Part shown: positions 13,293-25,330 of the stretch, one piece after another
Numbering within the stretch: the first letter of the stretch is position 1
Layout: every line of letters starts with the position of its first letter
Assembly: GCF_001194135.2 (NCBI RefSeq)
Contig: NC_069004.1
Coordinates: forward strand, 4,576,463-4,608,863
Source of the DNA: Octopus bimaculoides
Taxonomy: Eukaryota
DNA: 32,401 nucleotides
Direction of reading: 5' to 3'
The notes under the pieces: generated by a model
What the model saw: the letters and a program-made list of their open reading frames with translations, nothing else
Database searches by the model: none
Told to the model about the DNA's origin: nothing
Position numbers and translations under genes: made by a program

Positions 13293-13524
13293 ATCACCCG
13301 GAGATCCTTTCAAAGCTGATAACGCATTACGAATCCATAAAGGTGGCGTTGGTAGATTTGTTAATCGGATGCATAGGATCAAATGAACCAAGATCACTGC
13401 AAGAAATTCGAACGAGGAATGCAATGTCAAAATCATTCGTTTATCCATAGCCGATCCAAAAAAAAGAAAGGCCGTTGAAAATGTGATAACAATGGCGGTG
13501 CATCGGCATGGCCACAACTTTGGT
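13293..13524 (-). CDS. Candidate exon (frame unresolved)
   Basis: Strong acceptor TCTTTTTATTCTTATGTGTTTCAG|ACC, locally higher GC and non-repetitive. One frame stays open for 232 nt to GAT|GTGAGA. The phase-0 frame ends TKVVAMPMHRHCYHIFNGLSFFWIGYG* at 13441. Confidence 0.3.
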
Positions 13525-13602
13525 CTGAAACACATAAGAATAAAAAGAATAGATAGATGCATGCAGATATGTATATATGTAAATGTGCATATGCATATAT
13601 AA

Positions 13603-13642
<40 letters not shown>

Positions 13643-13699
13643 ACATGGATTCAATGCCGAAATCCCGCGGTTATTAAGGGAAGGTTGTGAAGCGTTTAC

Positions 13700-13794
13700 C
13701 TTGATAAAACGAGGCTCCATCTTAGTGATGTAGTTAACATAGACAATGGTCTTCGAGGCGGGTGTATACACGAATGCAGTTCTTTCTTTCAATC
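13700..13794 (-). CDS. Candidate internal exon (G)LKERTAFVYTPASKTIVYVNYITKMEPRFIK
   Basis: Strong donor AAG|GTAAAC and one open frame. The acceptor (AAACAG) has a poor pyrimidine tract. No homology recognised. Confidence 0.25.
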
Positions 13795-15470
13795 CTGTTT
13801 TTTTATTGAGGTTTAATTTTTACATTACAGAACATGCCCCTCATTATTCTAATGTGTGTAGATTGAGAAGAGATAGGAATTTTTAATGCGTTCCTGCGTT
13901 ACTTGAGGAAGATTTAGCAGCTTTTCTCTCGCATTTGCAAGCGAACATGTAGAAACGAACAGGTAGGGTGGTTTAAAATTATGTTCTAACACTCTGTGTA
14001 ACTGGCTTGTTTCCGGTGACTAAAACCGTTAAATATATTCAATTTACAGTTAAAGGATTTCGACATAAACTAATACATATCTCCCTTTTCGTCACTATTC
14101 TTCACCTAACGAACTCGCTACTAAATAATTTAGACATTCTTTTCTCCGATCGAATGAGTCGTCTTTGGATGGAGCTTTGTAAATATACATAACTTCCATT
14201 AATCTTAGTAGCTTACATGAATATTCGATTCAGACTAAAACCTAACAACAACCACTATATGTGTATGTGTATGTCTGTATGTATATATACACACATACTG
14301 TTGTACCTACGTTTACAAGCTTTTCCTCTCCTTCCGTATAAATATGTAAACACCACTGGGTATATCGTATGATTTATATCAATTTCTGAACATAGAATTT
14401 ATTATAATAATGATAAATATCGTATATAATATAACGCATACGCAATACAGAGGTTGGAATCGAGTGTGAAGCGGATAAGCAATGAACTCCTTGCAGTAAC
14501 AGGAAGTCATCCATCATTCAAGATTTGTATCCCACAATCATCGGCCATTATATATTCCTAACGACGAGGTATACGCTGCTTTCGTGAATTGCTTTTACTC
14601 TTCCATCCAGAATCGCGAGCAATTGAAACAAGCAACATATCGTCGAATCACAGGAGAGACACTCTCAATATTTTTATCAGATTTTCTCGAATTAACAGTT
14701 CAATCTCAATATGAAACTATACACTGGTATATTTAAAAGAAGAGGACATACTGGTTATTATACGTCTAGTCTCCAATTTATTATTCCAGACGAAAAAAAA
14801 AACAATATTGAATTTTCTCAGACAGAACAATGGTTCAATAATATAAAAGTCAACATGGAACAGTTCATACCATGTGATCGACAATAACTAAAAGAGCAAA
14901 CATAATGCAGTCCAAAACAACAGCTACAACAAAGAACTCGATATCTTAAACATCAAACACTATGCGATCTAAACGAACGCCAGCAACTGAGAGACATCTC
15001 CGTATCTAAAACTTCATCCACGTCAACAACTAACACGTGACCTAAAACAAGAACCAAAACAAAAAATCACCTCAGCAAGCATATCGATATCGAATATAAT
15101 AACAAGAACAAATATATCGATATCCCAAACAACTACAATGACAAGGGTCAAGAGATCAACGACAGGAAACGCCATGACATCCAAAACAACAGCAACAAAC
15201 GTCTCGATATCGAAGGCGACAATTCCAATTGCGATATTGATTCGGAAGGAGCAACACTTAAATAAGATGGTGGAAATGTGGGTAGACCGCACAGATCCAC
15301 TACAATGCCTACAGTGTTAGTAGCCACTATCGTGTCACTTTATCTTAACAGCAGCCGCCAAATCTCTCGTTAAATAATATACTATCATCTAAAATTCGAA
15401 TGAACGTTAAATAATATAATTCGTGAAAAAAAAAACGAGTTCGTCAAGGATAAAATCCAGTTGTAAAATC

Positions 15471-15733
15471 CAGTGGTTCTTAATTGGGGTCTATATTGCC
15501 CTTGGAATCCCAAATAAGGTTTTGTTGTTAAAATTTATATGTAACAATTTTTTTTATTACTTCTATAATCTTATACAACACACCAAGTATTTGAATTTTT
15601 AAATACATTTCCGAAAAAATATTTAATTATAAAAATATACGATTTTCTTTAAAAATCGAATGGCTATGCAAGTCAATCCGAGAAAAATAGGAATCGATGG
15701 GGCCTATAGGCACAAATTGACTGAGAAATGTTT
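15471..15733. mobile_element. Diverged hAT-like MITE
   Basis: It begins CAGTGGTTCTTAATTGGGGTC, a hAT/Charlie-type CAGTGGTTC terminus. The right end is decayed (TTGACTGAGAAATG). The interior TTTAAAAATCGAATGGCTATG matches a remembered octopus MITE. Confidence 0.45.
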
Positions 15734-15779
15734 CATTCCCCCTGACCGGTTAAACTTTGACCAGTCAGGGTGAATGAAG

Positions 15780-16122
15780 TTGGCTGAATGGTTAATAAGT
15801 TAGCTTCACAGTCGCGAGATCCTGGATTTAATGCCACTCAATGGTTTCTTGCATAAGTTTATTATCGTATTTCCTAAGGTCGAATCATGCCTTGCAAGTG
15901 AAACTGAGTAGTTTGAAACTGGGCAGAAGCCTCTCAGATGGATCGTCGTGTTAACTAAAAAAACAAGCCTTGTTGCACGCTGTGTCAAAGTGATTATAAC
16001 TGAAGATTAACGTAAGAGTAGCAGTATCTGCGGAATACCCAACCACTAACACGTTAATTCAACGAGCAGGTAAATCGGTCGATCAAAGAACTGAATCGTC
16101 ATCGTCGAAAGCGACGGAGATA
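15780..16122 (+). mobile_element. Old, diverged, probably near full-length SINE with family-A-like head and long 3' body
   Basis: It starts with a box-A-like TGGCTGAATGG, followed by TGCCTTGCAAGTG..GTAG..TTGAAACTGGGCAGAAGCC, similar to family A. The 3' part (CACGTTAATT..ACGAGCAGG...CGTCATCGTCGAAAGCGACGGAG) matches a remembered octopus SINE tail and is unverified. Confidence 0.55.
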
Positions 16123-16865
16123 CACTAACTTCCTTAATCAATCGAGCATCCCTTGCCGTTGGAAAGTCATGCCAAAAAGTCATGAAAGAACTTACACACA
16201 AAAAAAAAAAGCAAAAACGCTAACTTAATTATCTGAAATCATGACAATTACTGCATCGAAAAGCGAGAGTACTGCTATTATCTTTCGAAAATAGAAATAA
16301 ACGTTTTAAAAACAGTAAACAAGATGTTCAGCCTAAATATTCGAGATAATGAATGTTTGGATAGTAAAGATTATTATTATTATTATTTCGTGTGGAAGGC
16401 ATCTCTTGTAGGAGAAAGACACTCTGACGTAAAACCTGCAGTCAAAATAGTATCAGCCGCTTTGCAATGGAACCTATTATGACGACTGAGAAACGGGCAA
16501 AATTTTCGTACAATCTTTGTCACTTAAATACTATTAGGTACAGATGTCTCGCTACCATTTCATTTCTTGATCCATTTTGTATTTTATAAATCTTCTCTGA
16601 TTTCGGATACGTGGTATGAAAAGTCTTATCCGTGCACATGCAAAGATTTAAGTAAATCTGTAGATAGATAGATAGATAGATAGATAGATTGAGTGACATA
16701 CTTACATACATAGAAAGAAATGAGGTGCGTGCCCTCTACCTATCGATACCAAGAGGCAAAATTTAACTCACAGTCCAAAGAGCCGGAGTATATCGATGAG
16801 ATAACGTATATCTTTTGATAGCTACCAATTTCACTAAACATCCAGGTAAATAAATAAAATAACAG

Positions 16866-16970
16866 GTCAGGTACTTTATTACCTCAAAAAATAAAATAAA
16901 ATAAAGGAGGAATTAAATGTCAATTTAACGTTCGCGGAATTTGAACTCAAAGCACAAAGAATGGAAACAA
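16866..16970 (-). mobile_element. SINE family B fragment, diverged
   Basis: GCGGAATTTGAACTCAAAGCACAAAGA (16934-16960) reverse-complements to TCTTTGTGCTTTGAGTTCAAATTCCGC, compared with TCTTTACGTTCTGAGTACAAATTCCGC in the 6757 copy. Confidence 0.6.
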
Positions 16971-17739
16971 CCCCACCTTGTATGCTAATGATCCTGTCAC
17001 TATGACGCGACGCTATGCTAAATGTGTATAGAAATGTAACAGATCGGTTATAGAAGTTTTCCCTTAATCAATCAACAACACGATGGAAGTCAATTATGTC
17101 TGCGAGAAATTACATAGCAAAACGGCCAACTTGATGAAAAATAGAAACATCAAAAATAATAATAATAAAAACATAAAAAAAAAGCCAACAAATGCTCCGA
17201 CAGTAAATGCATAAATCTCAGACTACGACAGCTAAACATAGAACTACCAATATAAAGAGCAACTGCAACCAGAAAAGTAATAGCGGCAAAAGTAAAGCAA
17301 CAAAGAGCAGAAAACTAGCAAATATTATTTCTATCTCGCATTAACGACCAAAACAACCAAGTGTTAAACAGCACAAACAAACACACAAATACACGCATAG
17401 ACATTTCTTTTTCCATTTCGTTCCATGTTAGACATGTTGAGAGTCTATTGTAATATAACCACGCTCGACTTGCAAACATTATACAATGTCTTGAAAGACG
17501 GCTTTAATAAAGATTAAAAGAAACTGCAAACAACACGTTAAGTAGCATCCACATTAGGAAAGACAGAAAAACAAACAAACAAACAAAAAACAAAAACAAA
17601 AGATTTCGAAACTTCATTTGCGGTAACTCACTTATATAAACAGCATATTAAATCATACACATACAACACACATACACAACACACACACACTCACACACAC
17701 ACAAACACACACACACATAGACACACAATTATATATATG

Positions 17740-17786
<47 letters not shown>

Positions 17787-19535
17787 GCACACACTCATAA
17801 ACATTCATCCATCCATACATGCATACATACACCCTCCTATATATATATATATATATATATANNNNNNNNNNNNNNNNNNNNNNNNNNNNNNNNNNNTATA
17901 TACATATACATATATATATATAGGAGGGTGTATGTATATAACAATGCAAATAACTCTGAAACATCACAAAACGCTAGTTACTTGGCTGTATTTCCGTGCG
18001 GTATATATATACATACTAAACTATAATAACACATTAAGTCTATGTAATTTACTGAATGGTGAGTGACACTATTGCTTCGTTTCAGCAGCTTATTCGTTCA
18101 TTTATTTATTTATTTATTTATTCTATTTATTTATGTATTTATTTATTGTACTAATACCTCTCAACGACCTCTTGCACTTGTGTAAATCATAGAAACTTCC
18201 TAATACATTGATGACACTACGGTCACGTCCTGCCACAATTTCCCAAATTCATTTGCACAACTGCTTAGAATCTAACATCAATCACCTTGAAACCTGCTCT
18301 CTTAAGTAAATAGACGTAAAGTGGCAGCTGCGAAAATCCGCCATCTTTTCTTCTTACTTAGCGACATAAAAGAACATCAAATATAACACACTAAAAACAA
18401 ACCAACCAGTCAGACAACCGCTACTTTCAACAACAGCAACATGCCACACTCACACTCACTCACACACACCCATACATACACACACACAATACATATACAG
18501 ATAGATAAATACGCGTACATACACACACACATACGTGCACACAGGCTACTAGACATGCTCACGCATTTACATACACATATACACACGCACAAATACATAG
18601 ACAGAAGATTGAAATGAAAATACAAGGAAACACAAATAGTACTTCTTCAAACGTAGACGACATAATAATGGGTATTGATGATGATGTTGTTATGGCTGCT
18701 GCTGTTGTTGTTTTTGCTAATGGTTCCGCTTTTACTGCGGTTGCTATTGTTGTTTTGTGGTTGTAGCAGGCGTCTGCTGTTGATGTAACTATCATTGTTG
18801 TTGTGATGTTTGTTAGTGTTTAGAGTGGTTCAGCCAAGATCAAGTAAAAGTAGAATCAAAGACGTTCTAACCATGAGAGGCTATGCTCTCGTTTATCAGA
18901 CATAGTATATATTAGACAACATTTCCGAATATGTCCGTTTTGTATTTTTTTTTAATGATGGTATTTGTTGTTAAGATGATTTCGTTGCTATTTTAGCAAT
19001 TTGCATAGATGCCGCTCTTATTGGTTATAGTGTTTAAGAAGAAAGCCAGAAAGAGAATAACCACTTTAAAAAATATACCAGTGTATAACTGGTATTTCTC
19101 TTATCAGTTCGAGGAAAGATTTAACGATGGGAACACCTCTGTGTTATCTGAATTCAGACATTAAATGGATAAATAACATTCGCTTCGTTAATGTTATGTT
19201 GAGATAAGAGCTTTGAGACAAAGTGGTCAACAGTTGGAATTCAACTTGGGACTGGAAGAATAAAAATATTGCATTAGAGAATTAATTCTCATCCCTCTTT
19301 AACCTCTCAGCAAACACCACTGTGAAAATCTAATATCAATTTTTGTAGCTTCGAAGTATATTTGACTCCTATTTCTAGCAATGCTGGTGCTTCATAGCGA
19401 TCTCGTTATATAAAATTCTTATCTATAAGAATTATGTATAACACTCATACATACGTTCATATACATATATACATACATATGTATACGCCGATCTGTTTAT
19501 ATATACATATACATACATACAGATATACATATATC

Positions 19536-19612
<77 letters not shown>

Positions 19613-20291
19613 TAATTTACGGGATGACGTTCGTAGCTGGAATGCTTTTGATTACAAGTCTGTTCCACCATTGTCTACCTGCGTCTAATGAGCACCTACA
19701 AAGTCACAGAAGTAACAACTAGAATTTGTGTTTTCACGCATAGATCACATTTACCGGTCTCCTACTCAATCACACGAAAATACCCAACGTGACAGAACAC
19801 ATAGACATTCGAATGAAACGCTGTATGTTGTCTAGACAAAGATTATAACAGTCAATTGAAACTTATACGCTTTATAATTATAAGCAAAACCAATCACTCA
19901 CCACGAATACATCGGTCGCTATTAGCCACAAATCCAACTCAGATTCACATTAACATTAATGAATGTAAAAGAAAATCTAAATTTACAGCTGTGCTATGGC
20001 AGAATCTACCTTTACAGACTGTTACAAATGTAGCGTACAGAAACATGCTAGAAATAGACACAAGATATTGAAAATACTTTCTAGTTTTAGAATGAAAAAG
20101 AAAAATTTAATGCTAGTTATTGATATGAAATTTCAAATAACGGAGAGAGCAGTATTTTAATAGCCAATTGATTAGGCTACATCACTTGAAATTTCTTCTG
20201 TGCAGAGACATGCTTAGAAGATGAGCGTTTAGTTGCACTTATCAAATATAATGTAATGTGGGGCCGAGTCAATATGCCATTATCCATACGG

Positions 20292-20378
20292 GACATGTTG
20301 AACAAGTGTCTTCTACTACAGATTTGGGTTGATCAATCAAAGCCTTGTGAGTGGATTTCGTAACCGGAAACTGAGAGC
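20292..20378 (+). mobile_element. SINE family A copy (3' part, forward)
   Basis: CAAGTGTCTTCTACTACAG...AAAGCCTTGTGAGTGGATTTCGTAACCGGAAACTGAGAGC is the reverse-complement counterpart of 4013-4060 and 12255-12330. Confidence 0.8.
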
Positions 20379-20486
20379 CTTTGATCGGCCCGAAGCTATA
20401 GTCAGAAACATGCTCAAGGTGCCACACAGCTGTACTGAACCCGGCACCATGTGGTTGGGAAGCAAGCTACTTTTCACATATCTATG
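20379..20486 (-). mobile_element. SINE family A copy (5' part, reverse), abutting the forward copy
   Basis: CTTTGATCGGCCCGAAGCTATAGTCAGAAACATGCTCAAGGTGCCACACAGCTGTACTGAACCCGGCACCATGTGGTTGGGAAGCAAGC aligns with the other family A copies. Confidence 0.8.
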
Positions 20487-21020
20487 TATCCTCTTAGACG
20501 AGGAAGCGGCACATAAACAATACTAACTTACTTGTATCTCTTTTAGTACAACGTGGTGGGATACGATTGGTAAAGCTCTTATGAGATGGAGGCTAGAGAA
20601 ATTTCTATGGAGCACTAACAATTTTGCCATGGAGATAATTTTGCCATGCATTGCCAGACGAGTTGTCTACGGAATGAAGCTAGGACAGAAATTGAAATCA
20701 ACTTGTTTGATGGCATTGCCAAACGTAAATTAAATAAACGTAGATATTTGTGGTCGATTATATTGACCTGAATGTTTGAATGTTGTGGTTAATAAAGACA
20801 TTTAGACCCTGTGTAATGAGTGTAAATACTGAAAAGCAATTTTTCTCAAACACTTTCGTTTTTACATCAGTCACACAGACACACAATCGCAAAGTGCACG
20901 CATGAACACGTACAGAGAGAGAAATTCTTTCATGCATAAAGTTTGACCTATATTTGTTTGATTTTGTATATATGTGTGTGTGTGTTACTGGCTATGTATA
21001 TTAACATGTATAAATGTATG

Positions 21021-21055
<35 letters not shown>

Positions 21056-21423
21056 NNNNNNNNNNNNNNNNNNNNNNNNNNNNNNNNNNNNNNNNNNNNN
21101 NNNNNNNNNNNNNNNNNNNNNNNNNNNNNNNNNNNNNNNNNNNNNNNNNNNNNNNNNNNNNNNNNNNNNNNNNNNNNNNNNNNNNNNNNNNNNNNNNNNN
21201 NNNNNNNNNNNNNNNNNNNNNNNNNNNNNNNNNNNNNNNNNNNNNNNNNNNNNNNNNNNNNNNNNNNNNNNNNNNNNNNNNNNNNNNNNNNNNNNNNNNN
21301 NNNNNNNNNNNNNNNNNNNNNNNNNNNNNNNNNNNNNNNNNNNNNNNNNNNNNNNNNNNNNNNNNNNNNNNNNNNNNNNNNNNNNNNNNNNNNNNNNNNN
21401 NNNNNNNNNNNNNNNNNNNNNNN

Positions 21424-21457
<34 letters not shown>

Positions 21458-21874
21458 CTGCCTGTCTGTGCAGATACATATAATTCTAATATATTTACAC
21501 GATATACATATGTAAGTTTTTGTTCGGTTGTGAAAACGTGTCTGTGCCTATGTGATATCATATCGTATGTTTGTCCATATCTGTACGTGACTCTATGTGT
21601 ACACCTATGTGCGAGTGCGTGCAAGTGTGTGAGCGTGTGTAGGCAGGGTGAAAGACAGAGATCAATGCGCTTGTCTATGTAATAGTGCATATGCTCATAT
21701 TCACGCCAAATTCTCCAGGAAATGCTGGTAGCGGATATGAGATTTTCCCAGCAATATATTAGTATTTCAGTACAATAAATGCACTGTTGTACAACATGAT
21801 TGTATAGTACAGACAGATGAAAGATGGACGGGTGGATAGTGGACAGCCAGAAGAGGAGAGAGTGAGAATGAAGG

Positions 21875-21907
<33 letters not shown>

Positions 21908-22588
21908 ATAAATGAAGTATAGAAAGAACTGTATATATTGACTTCTGAACCGCCTGATATTACATACTGCGCGCTATTTCTGTCCTAGGGTATCAGCGAG
22001 TAAGAAGCGCACGCACAGGACGCAGATATGCAAACGTATATTAACACATAAGTATTAATATAAGTATCTATATATGTATATATATAAATTTAAATAAGCA
22101 GAAAATGGAGAAAACGTTTGATCAGCAAACAAACAAATTGACCAACATGGGTTAATTACTTTATAATGCAAAACATAGTATTAAAAAGTAATTAACCGAT
22201 TTTAGTTAATTTGTTTGTTTGCTNNNNNNNNNNNNNNNNNNNNNNNNNNNNNNNNNNNNNNNNNNNNNNNNNNNNNNNNNNNNNNNNNNNNNNNNNNNNN
22301 NNNNNNNNNNNNNNNNNNNNNNNNNNNNNNNNNNNNNNNNNNNNNNNNNNNNNNNNNNNNNNNNNNNNNNNNNNNNNNNNNNNNNNNNNNNNNNNNNNNN
22401 NNNNNNNNNNNNNNNNNNNNNNNNNNNNNNNNNNNNNNNNNNNNNNNNNNNNNNNNNNNNNNNNNNNNNNNNNNNNNNNNNNNNNNNNNNNNNNNNNNNN
22501 NNNNNNNNNNNNNNNNNNNNNNNNNNNNNNNNNNNNNNNNNNNNNNNNNNNNNNNNNNNNNNNNNNNNNNNNNNNNNNNNNNNNNNNN

Positions 22589-22624
<36 letters not shown>

Positions 22625-22789
22625 GTATATATAAATATATATTATGTTTATAAGTTTTTGGGGAATAAGTGTTTTAATGGTGTTAACACAGGAAGGGTTG
22701 TACCAAGATAGTTGAAGTTTTCTGGGTTTGTCGTTTGAAGTTTTGTAGTTGTAGTTGTATGCATGGTCCCAGGAGTATGATGAGGTGAA

Positions 22790-23211
22790 ATAACAGAGGA
22801 AGAGTAAGAATGAAAGAGAAAGCGAGAAGATGAGCTTATGGAGAAAGAATGAGAAAGCTGTTGCGCATCAGTAATGGGTGTCAGGTGAAGAGAGTCAGAC
22901 AGGCAGACGATAAACTGAGAAACACCACAGACGTAGTAAAAAAACAATGAGAATGTGTTAAAATATTTGCGGGGCAGACGGAAAGGGTTCGATGCGAGTA
23001 CGAGTGTGAAAAAAAAAACAAAAAACACATAGGGGGAGTATGGAGAAAGAGGAAGAGAGAGAGGGAAGAGCAGAGAATTAGAGAGACAGAAAAGAAAAGG
23101 GAATTGGAGTAAGAAATAAAGGGTGTGAGTAAAGTTAAAGAAGGAGGGACAGATATAGAGAAAGAGAGAAGCTGACTTAGGTAAAGGGAAAGGTTGATAT
23201 AGAAAGAAATG

Positions 23212-23251
<40 letters not shown>

Positions 23252-23587
23252 TAGAGTGAGAGAGAGAGAGACAAAGTAAGAGACACAGCGAGTAAATGGA
23301 GGCAGAGTTAAAGAGACAGGAAGAAAGATGTGAATTAAAGGAAGGCAGAGAGAGAGAGAGGGGGAAAGAGAGAAGGAGAGAGAGCTTGATACAGAGACGG
23401 AGAAGAGAGAAACGGACAATAGAGAGAGGGAGTGATGAGAAGAGAAAGATGGAGAAAGATTGGCAGAGTGGGGCAGGCTGAGAAATAGAACTCAATGAAG
23501 AGAATAGGTCGGAGAAGTGGAGAGGGAAGCGGAGAAATTGGGCATCAGTGAGAGAGAGAGAGAGATGGGGAGAGAGAGAGAGAGAAA

Positions 23588-23640
<53 letters not shown>

Positions 23641-23650
23641 GAGAGATCGA
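22790..23650 (+). repeat. Long purine-rich (GA) low-complexity tract
   Basis: About 860 nt dominated by A/G on the plus strand, with embedded (GA)n runs. Confidence 0.9.
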
Positions 23651-23774
23651 TAGTATATACAGAGAAAATTTGATTGCAAAACAGAAACAGAAGTATCATC
23701 AATAACAGTATAAATAAATGTAGAAAAATATAAAAGCGTATAAAACAAAGAACCAATCACCACACAAAATAACA

Positions 23775-23776
23775 AC

Positions 23777-23838
<62 letters not shown>

Positions 23839-23860
23839 TAATAATAATAATAATAATAAT
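23775..23860. repeat. (AAT)n microsatellite
   Basis: Seen directly. Confidence 0.97.
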
Positions 23861-24798
23861 GAAACATCAACAGGAAAAAAATAGCAAAGATAAATAAATG
23901 TAATCAGAGTGGGAGGAAGGGGAGTCAAGGAGTCAATAAATAAAATAAATAAATGAATAAATAAATAAATGGCTGAATAAATAATTAAGTAAATAAACAA
24001 ATAAATAAGCGAACATTCAGCAAATCATAGTGGGAAGAATTTCCAATTTACGTTGACGAATGTAGAACACAAGATTAAAATTTAAAGCAGTGATTCGAAA
24101 GAGAGAGAGAAAAATAATGGTCTTGTTAATGTCATTGTTGTCGTCGACGTTGTTGTTGTTGTTGTGGTGGTGGTTGCGGACACGGTGGTGATGATAATGA
24201 TGGTGGTGATGATGATGGCGATGGTAATGATGGTGGTGATGAGGATGATGAGAGGTGACGTAGGCTGTTGTTCGCGCATTTTCTTTCTTTCGTTGTTGGT
24301 CTATAAATATGTGTACTCATCATCATTGGTATTCTCACTCACTGACTTTTTCGTGCCCTGTATATGTGGATACGTATATATATATATATATNNNNNNNNN
24401 NNNNNNNNNNNNNNNNNNNNNNNNNNNNNNNNNNNNNNNNNNNNNNNNNNNNNNNNNNNNNNNNNNNNNNNNNNNNNNNNNNNNNNNNNNNNNNNNNNNN
24501 NNNNNNNNNNNNNNNNNNNNNNNNNNNNNNNNNNNNNNNNNNNNNNNNNNNNNNNNNNNNNNNNNNNNNNNNNNNNNNNNNNNNNNNNNNNNNNNNNNNN
24601 NNNNNNNNNNNNNNNNNNNNNNNNNNNNNNNNNNNNNNNNNNNNNNNNNNNNNNNNNNNNNNNNNNNNNNNNNNNNNNNNNNNNNNNNNGTGTGTCTGTG
24701 TGGCTGTCTGTGTGCATAAGTGCGCGTGTGTACATTTAGATATATGTGGAAGGTTGCATGTATGTATGTTTGTTTGCATGTATATATATATGTGTATG

Positions 24799-24832
<34 letters not shown>

Positions 24833-25330
24833 CATCTGCATGTGTGTATGTGTGTGTGTGTGCGCGCACGCGTGTGTGTATTTATCAACGCGCACAGGCT
24901 TACATGTCAGTGTGTGTGTCCATGCATGATTTCAGAGTGAAGGTAAACTTCCGGTATAAAGATGTGCTTTCCCTTTCTAATGTTTTCTTTCTTTCTTTTT
25001 TGTTTTTTCACTCTTCATGTTTCCGCGAAGCTTATGGTAGCCATCTTAGTGAAGTATGTGTGGACTTTAATCTTATCAGTCGTGGGAGTAGAAGTGGTAG
25101 TTTTAGTATCAGTAGGAGTGGTAGGGATCGTGACGACAACAGTATTAGTGGTAATGATGGTGGGGCGGAATGATACTAATCATGGAAATGAGAGATGGGC
25201 ATAGATGATGTTGTTGTGAAGAAGCTGATGGTGGTGTGTTGTTCTATACGGTGGTAGTGGCGTTGGCCGCCATGCGTGTCGTCTGTGCGCTGAGGCTAAA
25301 CTACAGTAAAATTCACAGGATATATACATA

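Noticed and set aside
13400-13524. Minus-strand ...HC...TNDFDIAFL resembling trypsin His/Asp motifs
   Set aside because: An in-frame TAA separates the motifs, the spacing is wrong and there is no GDSGG motif.
13501-13533. Plus-strand peptide HRHGHNFGLKH resembling the metzincin HExxHxxGxxH zinc motif
   Set aside because: The catalytic Glu is Arg (CGG, two changes from a Glu codon), a stop lies upstream in frame, and the splice signals here favour the minus strand.
14611-14726. Acceptor followed by open frame NREQLKQATYRRITGETLSIFLSDFLELTVQSQYETIH
   Set aside because: The donor (TG|GTATAT) is weak, there is no recognisable homology and such matches are expected by chance in 32 kb.
19075-19095. 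8-bp perfect hairpin ATACCAGT-gtata-ACTGGTAT
   Set aside because: It is short and resembles the internal GTACCAGT...ACTGG self-complementary segment of SINE family B, so it is most likely a decayed SINE fragment.
18810-19665. Faint inverted similarity between 18810-18865 and 19625-19665 (AATCAAA...TTC.A.C.A.GA)
   Set aside because: Too diverged and too far apart to call a structure. They are probably old fragments of another dispersed repeat.
22702-22716. Minus-strand ENFNYLGTTL resembling the LINE reverse-transcriptase FxYLG motif
   Set aside because: It is an isolated short motif in low-complexity sequence with no other RT motifs nearby.
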